Shown here one piece after another: positions 42,122 to 51,317 of a DNA stretch of 64,000 nucleotides; positions within the stretch are counted from its first letter, which is position 1; every line of letters starts with the position of its first letter. The stretch comes from Nitrosopumilaceae archaeon (lineage in GTDB: Archaea; Thermoproteota; Nitrososphaeria; Nitrososphaerales; Nitrosopumilaceae), in the NCBI GenBank assembly GCA_965200155.1, contig CBDATR010000010.1:224001-288000 (forward strand). Direction: 5' to 3'. Below the pieces are notes generated by a model. It did no database searches. It was not told the DNA's origin and saw only the letters and a program-made list of their open reading frames with translations. The translations under genes and the position numbers were made by a program.

Positions 42122-43815
42122 GTATGAGTTCACGTGTTTTGATCACATAATAAGATAGAATGCATCCCAGTTTTTTAATTATAACTGCATTCTGGCAGCA
42201 ACCTCGTTCATTACAGAAAGGCCCTGAGCCCTCCATGTCTGAACACATGATACAAATGTAGACATGCGGCGCATTGCCCTTTCGCCACCCTTTATCTGAC
42301 CACTGATCTTGCGGAATACCACTGCGTATCGCAAAGCCTGCTCCGCTGGATTGTTGGTGGGCTCCACACTGTCATATTCTAAGAATACGAACATGCATGG
42401 TATGGCCTTATTCAATCCTTTTACCTTCTTTTGTAGTTCAGTATCATCAACATCACAGTACTGATGCAGAATGGATTCTGCTCCTGTCTCAAATGAGTGT
42501 CGTAATTGCGCGGACGGCCCGCAGTGATTCAGGGATTCCCGTGCGCTCCGGAACAATCCTTTCAGGTCATTGTCAAGTTTGATCCGGGCGTCCTGAGCAC
42601 CGGGATCAATATAGAATCCTGCATGTAATGCCTGGGTATCGCGCAATAAATGCGCCCAACACAACTGGTGCTTCCCACCGTCATCAAACCGGCGGTACAC
42701 AACGTACCTGTCCGTTACTATCGCTCCCTGGTAACCGTTCAGGTATTTGTTCACTACATTTGAACTCCTACTTTTGTCATATATGGACATCATCCACTCT
42801 TCGGCTCGCATCCCCCATACCCAGCCACGCCTACCCGCCAGTGATATACCAGTTTCGTCCACATGAATGCTGGGTGATTTTATTATATTTTCATGAATTG
42901 TTTCCATAAATGATTCACATGCATCGGCGGCCCTGGCAATTATGTTGTTTACTGCACCCACAGATATATTCAGGCCGAAGAGATCCTTCGAAATTACAGG
43001 TATGCGTTTTATTGGAATCTTTTCCGCACGCAATGCAGTGATGGCACCGCATAATTGAACCCCAAAACTACCACTCTTTGGGACGCCCGCTGCTGGGGCC
43101 AGTTGTTTTTTGCCGCACTTGCATGCAGCCATTTCTATCATATGGTGGGCCTCCTCTATTCTGGCTGGTATTAATTCCGTTATGTGTCGTTGTTTCCAAC
43201 CAATTTTTGTCATTATATTGCCGCACTCACATAGTGGAGTATGCTCAAAGGTGTGATGCACTACTCTGCCGGGGTTGTGGTAACGGGAAACCCCCTTGTG
43301 TCCCTTTTGAGCGCCAGCCTTTTTGGCTGATTTCGTACTGGCTTCTGTCTGTTGCTTATTATCTCCCTGTTTTCGCTTCTGCTCCTCCTGTTTTCGCTTC
43401 TTGTACTGGAGGGATTGAAGGGATGGTGGCGAGTGAGCATTCTCATAATATTTAAGTCGCGTTGTGAGTACCGCAATTTTCCTGTCTTTTTCTACTAATT
43501 CCTCTTTTAATTCACTTACATAATTTCTAATAATTTGGAAATCTTGTATATGATTTCGTATTTCTTTTATGGTGTGTGACATATATGCTTCCAATACTCT
43601 CACACGTTCCTTGTAATGTGCAAGATCTTTCTTGTAATCCTCAATATCTTTCTTGATAGACGCAAGGGTATCCTGAAGAAGTTTATTTTCCAGTTCCAAT
43701 TCCTTATAGGACCGGCGTCTTCTCATTAGATTCTTATTGCAAATTTGGTATTTAAGTAAAATATTGCCATACCAATCTATATCTTAGTGAATGATCAAAA
43801 CACGTGAACTCATAC
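42122..43815 (-). mobile_element. Single-ORF IS66-family element, intact, TSD GTGGGTTC
   Basis: 24-bp perfect TIR GTATGAGTTCACGTGTTTTGATCA; 8-bp duplication. Confidence 0.97.
42179..43726 (-). CDS. IS66-family transposase
   Basis: HSPPS, GAQKGHKG, Zn finger, HVDETG, VTDRY, QLCWAHLLRD, PTNNPAEQALR. Confidence 0.95.
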   Translation of the reverse strand: MRRRRSYKELELENKLLQDTLASIKKDIEDYKKDLAHYKERVRVLEAYMSHTIKEIRNHIQDFQIIRNYVSELKEELVEKDRKIAVLTTRLKYYENAHSPPSLQSLQYKKRKQEEQKRKQGDNKQQTEASTKSAKKAGAQKGHKGVSRYHNPGRVVHHTFEHTPLCECGNIMTKIGWKQRHITELIPARIEEAHHMIEMAACKCGKKQLAPAAGVPKSGSFGVQLCGAITALRAEKIPIKRIPVISKDLFGLNISVGAVNNIIARAADACESFMETIHENIIKSPSIHVDETGISLAGRRGWVWGMRAEEWMMSIYDKSRSSNVVNKYLNGYQGAIVTDRYVVYRRFDDGGKHQLCWAHLLRDTQALHAGFYIDPGAQDARIKLDNDLKGLFRSARESLNHCGPSAQLRHSFETGAESILHQYCDVDDTELQKKVKGLNKAIPCMFVFLEYDSVEPTNNPAEQALRYAVVFRKISGQIKGGERAMRRMSTFVSCVQTWRAQGLSVMNEVAARMQL

Positions 43816-43850
43816 GTGGGTTCAGGTGAATTTGTGCCAAAAAAAAAAAC

Positions 43851-43942
43851 GTATGAGTTCACCTGTGTCTAAATTTACGCATAACTGATCGCGACAGTTA
43901 ATGTGATTTGTGCATAAGATTCCAGAAGACGTGAACTCATAC
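43851..43942 (+). mobile_element. MITE-1, TSD AAAAAAAC
   Basis: TIRs and 8-bp duplication. Confidence 0.97.
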
Positions 43943-44034
43943 AAAAAAACATCCATCATACGAGCATTTTTTAGTGGAACATGCGTTGTGCATTATAGTT
44001 GCTTCATACAGGTTTTAACTTGCAACAGAGAACT

Positions 44035-44700
44035 ATGTTTTATGGCATAGTATGTACATTGGCGTGCACCGCTATTCTGGGTGAGGCTCATGCGCACACG
44101 CTGGACTCAATGGAGGGGTATCGTCTAGAGATAGGATGGATGAATAGTCCACCTTATTCCGGAGAGGTAAATGCCATAGTCTTACACATAAGCCCAATGA
44201 TGCCAGGGCTGGAACTGGAAGAGCAGCCATTTAGAGACGGCGTAGCAGGTCTACGAGACACCCTAAAGATGCAGCTGGTCTCTGCAACTTCCAGTCTCAC
44301 ATTGAGACTGGATCCTGACCCCGACATACCCGGCAAATATTATGTGTTTACCAAAATAAACAGGCCAGGCTTCTATCAAGCCAATCTTATAGGCACCATA
44401 AATGACGCCAACATTAACATCAGTATGCACCCGCCTCAAGTACGCAACGCCGAGCATATCACGTTTCCTCAGGAATATGGTATGATATACGATGTAGTTG
44501 CAACACAGGATATGCTACAGGAGAGATTGGACAACATTACACTTTCACACCAAGCGGAGTTTGAAGAGATTCGCCAAGAAATAGACATACAGGAACAACC
44601 TGTAGAACCAACGCTGCCATACGTAATTGCAGGTATTGGGGTAGTTATGGGAGCAGTGGCCATGGGCATGGCTGCCAAGACATACAGAAGGCTAGGATAG
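44035..44700 (+). CDS. Hypothetical surface protein (signal peptide, C-terminal TM)
   Basis: AHAH cleavage site, YRLEIGWMNSPP, C-terminal anchor. Confidence 0.75.
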   Translation: MFYGIVCTLACTAILGEAHAHTLDSMEGYRLEIGWMNSPPYSGEVNAIVLHISPMMPGLELEEQPFRDGVAGLRDTLKMQLVSATSSLTLRLDPDPDIPGKYYVFTKINRPGFYQANLIGTINDANINISMHPPQVRNAEHITFPQEYGMIYDVVATQDMLQERLDNITLSHQAEFEEIRQEIDIQEQPVEPTLPYVIAGIGVVMGAVAMGMAAKTYRRLG

Positions 44701-44789
44701 ATCTAGCATCATCATAAGAGTGAGCGCGCGACCAAATGTAATACCGGCAGTGCCATACAGAAGGCTAGGATAGATCTAGCACCATCATA
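44681..44789. repeat. 36-bp direct repeat (1 mismatch) flanking a 37-bp unique insert (unit 2)
   Basis: CATACAGAAGGCTAGGATAGATCTAGCAYCATCATA at 44681-44716 and 44754-44789. Confidence 0.95.
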
Positions 44790-45664
44790 TCTCTAGCCGC
44801 GCTGACCGATCCGTGTATGCGGCGGGCTTCCTCCAGTTGTACCGATTCATCTACATACCTGGCAGAGAAGTGTGTCAGTACTAGATTGACAACGCATGCA
44901 TTCTTGGCCAGAGTTGCAGCTTCATGTGCCGTAGTGTGTCGCGTTTCTTCAGCGCGCCTGGCCATATTTTGAGCAAAAGTTGAGTCAAATATCAAGTAGT
45001 TACAACATGTGAAAAAGTTCTCTAGCTGTTTGGTAGGTCTTGTGTCTCCCGAATATCCAATTTTAATACCCGGTCTGCGCTTTCCCAATACCTGAGCAGG
45101 AGTAATAGTGCGTCCGGATACATCCACACTTTTTCCTCGTTGGAGTTGTGACCATAACCGTCCTTTAGGCACACCCAAGGCTTTTGCCTGATCTGGATAG
45201 AACTGTCCGGGCTTCTCCTTCTCCTCAAGTACATACGAGTATGCAATTATGCCATGATCCGCACTACAGGCCCTTACCGTATACTGATCAGTCTGGCAAA
45301 CAACGCCGTCAGCAATATCACACACACTAAGATCAAAGGACGGCCTAAAGTCCAGCATCTCCATATTGAGCTCAATGAACCTCTTGGTTCCCCGGGGACC
45401 GTAAATTGAGAGCGGCCTCTGGCGCTTCTGCAACGACATTGTTTGAAGCAGGCCCAGAGCCCCGAGACAGTGATCACCATGCAAGTGTGTTATGTATATG
45501 CTCATCTTCTTGTTCCAACCCAGACCTGCCTTGCCATATGCCATCTGCGCTCCCTCACCGGCATCAAACATCAGTATCTCGCCTCCTCTATTCACGCATA
45601 TGCACGGATTATTCCTCTTTTTTGTAGGAAGTGATGCGGAAGTGCCCAAAAATATTATCTGCAT
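44765..45664 (-). CDS. rnz: Ribonuclease Z
   Basis: FLGTSAS, FDAGEGAQ, THLHGDH, YSGDT, LTHFSARY. Confidence 0.95.
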   Translation of the reverse strand: MQIIFLGTSASLPTKKRNNPCICVNRGGEILMFDAGEGAQMAYGKAGLGWNKKMSIYITHLHGDHCLGALGLLQTMSLQKRQRPLSIYGPRGTKRFIELNMEMLDFRPSFDLSVCDIADGVVCQTDQYTVRACSADHGIIAYSYVLEEKEKPGQFYPDQAKALGVPKGRLWSQLQRGKSVDVSGRTITPAQVLGKRRPGIKIGYSGDTRPTKQLENFFTCCNYLIFDSTFAQNMARRAEETRHTTAHEAATLAKNACVVNLVLTHFSARYVDESVQLEEARRIHGSVSAARDMMVLDLS

Positions 45665-45872
45665 TTAGACACACTATTCACGCGCGCCTTTAAACTCACC
45701 GTCACTAGGCTGGAAAAGCATCATGAATACATGTAGAGTCATCCACATCTATTCACGTAAAGACAGAACTGTTGCCGCTTCATGGCAGAATTAATGATTG
45801 TGCATAAATTTGAATATAGGCGAACTCATGCTAAATAACCCCCGTAATTTATCGTACGCGAATGCCCCAGAT

Positions 45873-46114
45873 GTAACCGTTTAGGTCAAGTTAAGTATGA
45901 GTTCACGTCTTCCGGAATCTTATGCACAAATCACATTAACTGTCGCGATCAGTTATGCGTAAATTTAGACACAGGTGAACTCATACCAAGTTAAAGATCA
46001 ACACCTAGACGGTAAATTAGTGGGCATGTGGGAGGCGCCATAATAGAAAAAGCAAGAACATACATGTTCGCCGTGTATTTTGGACAGTTGTCCGGAGGTG
46101 ACCTAAACGGTTAC
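45873..46114 (+). mobile_element. MITE-2 with nested MITE-1
   Basis: Perfect 16-bp TIR GTAACCGTTTAGGTCA/TGACCTAAACGGTTAC; flanks GCCCCAGAT/GCTCCAGAT. Confidence 0.92.
45895..45986 (-). mobile_element. MITE-1, TSD CAAGTTAA
   Basis: TIRs and 8-bp duplication. Confidence 0.97.
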
Positions 46115-46143
46115 GCTCCAGATTACCGGTACAGAATATCGTA

Positions 46144-46980
46144 CTATTTTCTTGGCATGGTAAAAGATACACCCAGTACGCGCCGACGTACCAATCCGGT
46201 TACAGCCCACACAATGTCAAGTATACCGTGGACGGAATTTCCCAGCATTCTTACCAGTATGCCGGAATTATCATGCATAATACTGGAGCCCCACGCAATG
46301 TCATTGGACACCAAGTCGCGTGTGTCCAAGTACAGGGGGGACACGTGTGTCATGGGGGTCAGTATGTACACAGACCCGACAACGCAATACTCGCCCATCA
46401 TCCCGTAAGTGTTGGCATCGCGTTTCTTGGGTTCTAATAGGGCCACATCCCTGAATCGATGGTGCCCGTTCTGGCTTGTTGCAGTTGTTTGAAGCATACA
46501 CTTCTCGTACAGGAAAGACTCGTTCATGGCAAGACGGCCTGATGACAGGATCTCCGCATACACCAAGGTGGCGGTGTCATGTACCTTTAGATCGGTCTTT
46601 TGTACATATCTAGAATGTTCGTAGGGGATTATTTGATCCGGAATAAACTCCAAGTATGAATTACTATCTAGTTCAACCTGTGCGGATTGACATGCATCCC
46701 TGTCAGGGGATCCGTATATTCGGGTGGCTCCCTGGGTAGTGAGATGGACCATTGTACCTCTGCCTAATTTGACATTAATGCTATGAGAGTCCCCGCCCAG
46801 TATACCCCCGGAGCTGCTCATCATGTACACAAATGCCATATCAGGCACCGCCTCCTCGTAGTACAGTGCCCGCTGTACATGAAAGGGGGCGCGGGCATAT
46901 TGCCGTGTTATTGTTGTTCTGGTATTGGTTTTGTCAAAGGCCAAGCACATACGGCCCCTGAGTCCAGTAGTATCTGCCAT
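46144..46980 (-). CDS. ureD: Urease accessory protein UreD
   Basis: PFHVQRALY, SSGGILGGD, LTTQGATRIY, LEFIPDQIIPY. Confidence 0.92.
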   Translation of the reverse strand: MADTTGLRGRMCLAFDKTNTRTTITRQYARAPFHVQRALYYEEAVPDMAFVYMMSSSGGILGGDSHSINVKLGRGTMVHLTTQGATRIYGSPDRDACQSAQVELDSNSYLEFIPDQIIPYEHSRYVQKTDLKVHDTATLVYAEILSSGRLAMNESFLYEKCMLQTTATSQNGHHRFRDVALLEPKKRDANTYGMMGEYCVVGSVYILTPMTHVSPLYLDTRDLVSNDIAWGSSIMHDNSGILVRMLGNSVHGILDIVWAVTGLVRRRVLGVSFTMPRK

Positions 46981-47050
46981 TTCCCATACTTCCTGTTCAC
47001 TTTATTAAACTTCTATAACGGCTACTACAAGTCTCTGCATATACATTTGT

Positions 47051-48585
47051 TATAGCGGTCACCATAAGTCTTTGAGAACATGGCACCTCGTTCCTGGATG
47101 GTACATGGCTTTGGCTTGTCACCATTATTCCCGCCCTGACGCCTCCGGTTGGGCGGGTAGCGGTTCCCTGCCCCCCGGACGACACGCTCTGCCGCCCCAT
47201 ACAGAGAAACCGGTTACTAAACGCCGCGTTGATATCGGCGTGAAATTCCTGGTTACATATTGAATGTGTCCCTAGTTGATCGTGATTTGTCGTCAACGTG
47301 TCCACACACGTCATAGGTCTGGCTCGTTGGGCGGGTAAACCGCTCCCTCGTGTATTTCGCTGGCACAGCCACCAATTCAATCCCCAGCGCCTCGCACTTT
47401 TGCTCCACTCTCCGGCGGAACACGCCTACCCGGTTCTCGCGCATGGAGCGGTTCATCATTCTTTTGTGGTTCCCACCATGACTGGTCATTGATTTCGGTG
47501 ATAAATCCTCTAGTACCACCTTGTCCACACCTGATGTCACAGCATTTATCCATGCGAATATTATCCAAATATTGCCTGACCGCTAGTACTACCTTGTCCA
47601 CACCTGATGTCACAGCATTGACTATTCTATTCATGGTGTCATTCGTGATATTATTCGCCTGCTGCCTCAACTGGTTGATTTTCTTTTCGATCTTTCGCTT
47701 TCTGCGCTTACCCTTTCTGGATTTAATACTCTGTAGGTAACGGATCTCCCGCAATATGGAACGATGCCTCATGTCGTGAATCATTGTTCCACCATTCGTG
47801 TCGGCTGTTACAACCAGGTGTTTCCTGCCGACATCCACGCCACGAATGACACCGGTTGTCACATGCCTTTCGGGAACGATTCCAACATTGATATGAATCT
47901 CGAATTTGCGTTCTCCTGGAAGTCCTCTTGTCTGTTCTCTCGACTAGTTTGAATGAGCGCATGTTCCAGGAATGAACGATTGGCTTTGTCGTTCTCGCGA
48001 CACCAAAACCCGACAAGTATAGTTTGCGAGAACCGCGCCTTATCGGCGGACTCACACATGAAAGTATGATTCTTTTATTGTCACGCCGGTGTGGTATGTA
48101 ATCAGAATGATCCTCGTACGCGCGCCTACACGCGATAGGCGCCTGTAATATGGCGCCCCGGCCATAGTTAACTGGTAACTTGTGCACCAATTCAATATCA
48201 CGACGCCACTTTGTTAATTCCAAGAATAGACCATTTGTATAACCGTTCTAGAACGTGGTAGCTGATTCATGTAGAGTGGATCGCCCTTCTTAAGATTGTA
48301 TGGTGACTTGGCGGACTCGTTCCTATTCTTGACCTTGGCCGGATCATGCTTCAATTCTAGAGTGGTTCCGGGCATATCATAACCGCCAAGACTGATCTCG
48401 TATACGGCTCTCTATTATAGACACAATCGGATGTATGACCAAATATCTTGGTACGCCGGGAGGATTCCCTATCCGTTTTCAACGGTATTCCGGGTTATGT
48501 CATCCATTATCTGGTGATTCTACTCTAGTAGTGGTTCTATAAAGTACGGTTCTATACCCGGCAGAGACTTATGATGGGCGTTATA
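47051..48585 (-). mobile_element. tnpB: TIR-bounded element carrying a frameshifted tnpB (copy 1)
   Basis: RuvC motifs GVDVG, VVLEDL, SQT..VCGH, HADINAA in shifted frames; TIRs TATAGCGGTCACCATAAGTCTTTG / CAGAGACTTATGATGGGCGTTATA. Confidence 0.88.
47511..47619. repeat. 36-bp direct repeat (1 mismatch) flanking a 37-bp unique insert (unit 3)
   Basis: TAGTACYACCTTGTCCACACCTGATGTCACAGCATT at 47511-47546 and 47584-47619 (one-base boundary ambiguity). Confidence 0.95.
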
Positions 48586-48732
48586 CGCACAACCCCCGTC
48601 TTGTATACCACAAACTTATGAAGCACTCCATAAAAGTAACATCTTATCAACAAGTTTCCGTTTTTCTTGCGACTAAACAAATCCTGTAGAAATGTAGTGT
48701 GTTCATATAAAACAAAAACTTTAGTGAACTGG

Positions 48733-50034
48733 CTACGGAAGTATGTTAGAAAGCCCTTCTGCCAAACGGGAATCATCAATCAGACCATCTTTGAGCAGTT
48801 CGTTCAGCTGGATTGTTTGATATATCACCTGTAGGTATGTAGCTTGATCAATTGAGGCGTTATCGTACATGTCACTTAGGTTAGAAAGATGCGCATCAAT
48901 TATTTCGGAGTATGAATCACTTGCCCAAACGGTAGTGGGACCAGTGTACACCTGCTCACCATTATACGTTATCCGTGCCAGACCATCAAGGCCAATGTTA
49001 CTTACAAGATCAGCTATGGGCACATATTGTAATTGTGAACTGTATTGCTGACCATCGGTGATCATCCATGCGATCAAGTCTACCATAGCCTGTGCATGCT
49101 CTAGACTATCCGCGGACTCATTGAGTTCCGGATGGATGATAAGATACGAGAAGCTCGTTATTGGATATGAGTCAAAGCCAGGTGCTGCAAGCAAGTCCAC
49201 ATCTCTCCAGCTCGCCTCTGCAGAGGGCAACCAGAATGCTGCCGTGGCAGATGCTGCGCTGGCAGTCTCAATACTTGGGGATACATAGTTTGTCTTGTCG
49301 GCATTCTGTATGTCTGCGGTAGTCATGTCATTCTGGAAGGCATATGCCAATGTGACATACCCTACAGAGTACTCCGTTGTCCTGATGGTTCCTGCTACCC
49401 CCTCGTTGCCGGGTGAGCCTACTCCGGCGGGCCACTGAACGCTCTTTGCCGCACCAACCCGCTCATCCCATTCAGGACAAGTCTTTGTAAGGTAACTGGT
49501 GAGTGCATATGTAGTTCCGGAACCGTCGGATCTGCGAACTATGACAATACCCTCGTCCGGTAATTCTACATCGGGGTTCGCTTCCGCGATCAACGGATCA
49601 TTCCATGATTTCACGGTGCCTAGATACATTCCGCAAAGAGCCTCTTCGCTGATGTTCAGGCCACTCTGTAATCCCGGTATATTGTATACGATGGATACAG
49701 ATCCTATCATTGCAGGTATTGTAATGGTTCCCGGGGCTGCTGCATACTCGGGATCAATTAGTGGCGCATCGGTAGCGGCGAAGTTACCCAATTTACTAAT
49801 GTGGTTTTTTACACCGCCACCACTTCCTATGGATTGATAATCAAATCTTACGTCAGGATTTACTTCCTGGTATTGGACTCTCCACAAATCCAGTAGAGGA
49901 AATGCAAACGTTGCTCCTGATGCCTGTATCAGGACTTGTGCGTATGCTGACTGCGGCCCAATTGTATCATACAAGGCTGGAGCCATGGAGCTCAGCATGA
50001 CTAGTGCTACTGCAAGCACGATTACTTTCTTCAT
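48733..50034 (-). CDS. pstS: Phosphate ABC transporter substrate-binding protein
   Basis: SGATFAFP, YQSIGSGGG, RSDGSGTT, GNEGVA, YPITSFSY. Confidence 0.95.
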   Translation of the reverse strand: MKKVIVLAVALVMLSSMAPALYDTIGPQSAYAQVLIQASGATFAFPLLDLWRVQYQEVNPDVRFDYQSIGSGGGVKNHISKLGNFAATDAPLIDPEYAAAPGTITIPAMIGSVSIVYNIPGLQSGLNISEEALCGMYLGTVKSWNDPLIAEANPDVELPDEGIVIVRRSDGSGTTYALTSYLTKTCPEWDERVGAAKSVQWPAGVGSPGNEGVAGTIRTTEYSVGYVTLAYAFQNDMTTADIQNADKTNYVSPSIETASAASATAAFWLPSAEASWRDVDLLAAPGFDSYPITSFSYLIIHPELNESADSLEHAQAMVDLIAWMITDGQQYSSQLQYVPIADLVSNIGLDGLARITYNGEQVYTGPTTVWASDSYSEIIDAHLSNLSDMYDNASIDQATYLQVIYQTIQLNELLKDGLIDDSRLAEGLSNILP

Positions 50035-50133
50035 TGTGAAAGATATTGACGTATCATATAATGGTGATACGGCATTACATTACTGACATACATAGCACCC
50101 ATACCCAGTATATGCACACTTTATTCTATATAG

Positions 50134-50730
50134 TCAGAATGTGTTTGTACGCAAGGAATGCGCCGGTGCTGCCGTAGAAGGAAACTTGGACTTGGTAGAT
50201 TCCATGGCCACGGCTGCGGCTTCCTCCATGATCTTTTCCGCACCCACTGCATCTTCCGTGCCAAAGCTCATATCGGACATGCCATACATGGAACCACTTA
50301 GGTCCTGTGCCATTTGACTGAGTTCTTGACCTGCATTTGGGATAAATTTGCTCAACATTGCACCCACGCCACGCATTGTTTGGGCCACAGGCGCAATAAC
50401 GGATGCTACATCACCAAGATTATCACACATGGTCATACGCATCTCCAGCCGTTCCAATTGCAGGCGTGCCGCATACAATGTTCTCTTAACCTTCCTTAAC
50501 TCTGCCAATTCACCGGCCAATACCCTGGCGCGCCTTCGATCCTTGGCACCTGCAATGGTAAAAAGGAGACTCTTGTCACGCGCCTCTACCTTGGATATAA
50601 TAGGAGCCAGTCGCCGCTTTTGATTCTGTGCAATTCCAATACAAGACTGGATTTGTGGTTTTAGAGGACCATCATATTCCGTATCATTGGTAGAATCTGG
50701 TTGCGTCCACTTATCCTGTAATTCGGCCAT
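50134..50730 (-). CDS. CdvB-like ESCRT-III (Snf7) protein
   Basis: PLKPQI...RDKSL...ARVLAGELAELRK...LERLEMRM...LGD...AEKIMEEAAAVA. Confidence 0.75.
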   Translation of the reverse strand: MAELQDKWTQPDSTNDTEYDGPLKPQIQSCIGIAQNQKRRLAPIISKVEARDKSLLFTIAGAKDRRRARVLAGELAELRKVKRTLYAARLQLERLEMRMTMCDNLGDVASVIAPVAQTMRGVGAMLSKFIPNAGQELSQMAQDLSGSMYGMSDMSFGTEDAVGAEKIMEEAAAVAMESTKSKFPSTAAPAHSLRTNTF

Positions 50731-50819
50731 GCCACCTATGTCAATATTAGAATTTAACCTTAGGGTCTGGCATTGCCATTTAGGTCGCACTAGGAGTCAC
50801 GCGTTCCCCCATCATAATG

Positions 50820-51061
50820 GTAACCGTTTAGGTCGCGTAAAAATTAGGTATGAGTTCACGTCTTCCGGAATCTCATGCACAAATCACATTAACTGTCGCG
50901 ATCAGTTATGCGTAAATTTAGACACAGGTGAACTCATACAAAATCAGACATCTAGAGGATAAATCAGTGGGCATGCGTGAGACATCATGATAGAAAAAGC
51001 AAGAATGGGTATGTTCGCGGTGTATTTTGAGCGGTTGTCTAGGAGTGACCTAAATGGTTAC
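50820..51061 (+). mobile_element. MITE-2 with nested MITE-1, TSD TCATAATG
   Basis: TIR GTAACCGTTTAGGTC / GACCTAAATGGTTAC; 8-bp duplication. Confidence 0.92.
50848..50939 (-). mobile_element. MITE-1, TSD AAAATTAG/AAAATCAG
   Basis: TIRs; duplication with 1 mismatch. Confidence 0.95.
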
Positions 51062-51317
51062 TCATAATGCTGGCTGCAAAGTCAGGAACCGAAGCTGTGC
51101 CCAGCCACTATAGGATATTTGTACTGCCGGGCGACATGGCACGTGTTAAGATTGAAAGTTATTCCGGAATGGCAAATTAGGCGCAGCACAGGCCTGCGGC
51201 CGAACCTGGCACATGCAATGGCAGGCACGTATCTCAAATGTGTTTAAAACTGCAATAAACGGTCACCAGTGGACCGGTCACAATTTCATCCATCTGTATC
51301 ACACTACTGCCATCCTC

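Noticed and set aside
45671-45757. CTATTCACG repeated at 75-bp spacing as a fourth 36+37 unit
   Set aside because: Only 9 bp match, and the second copy overlaps a decayed MITE end.
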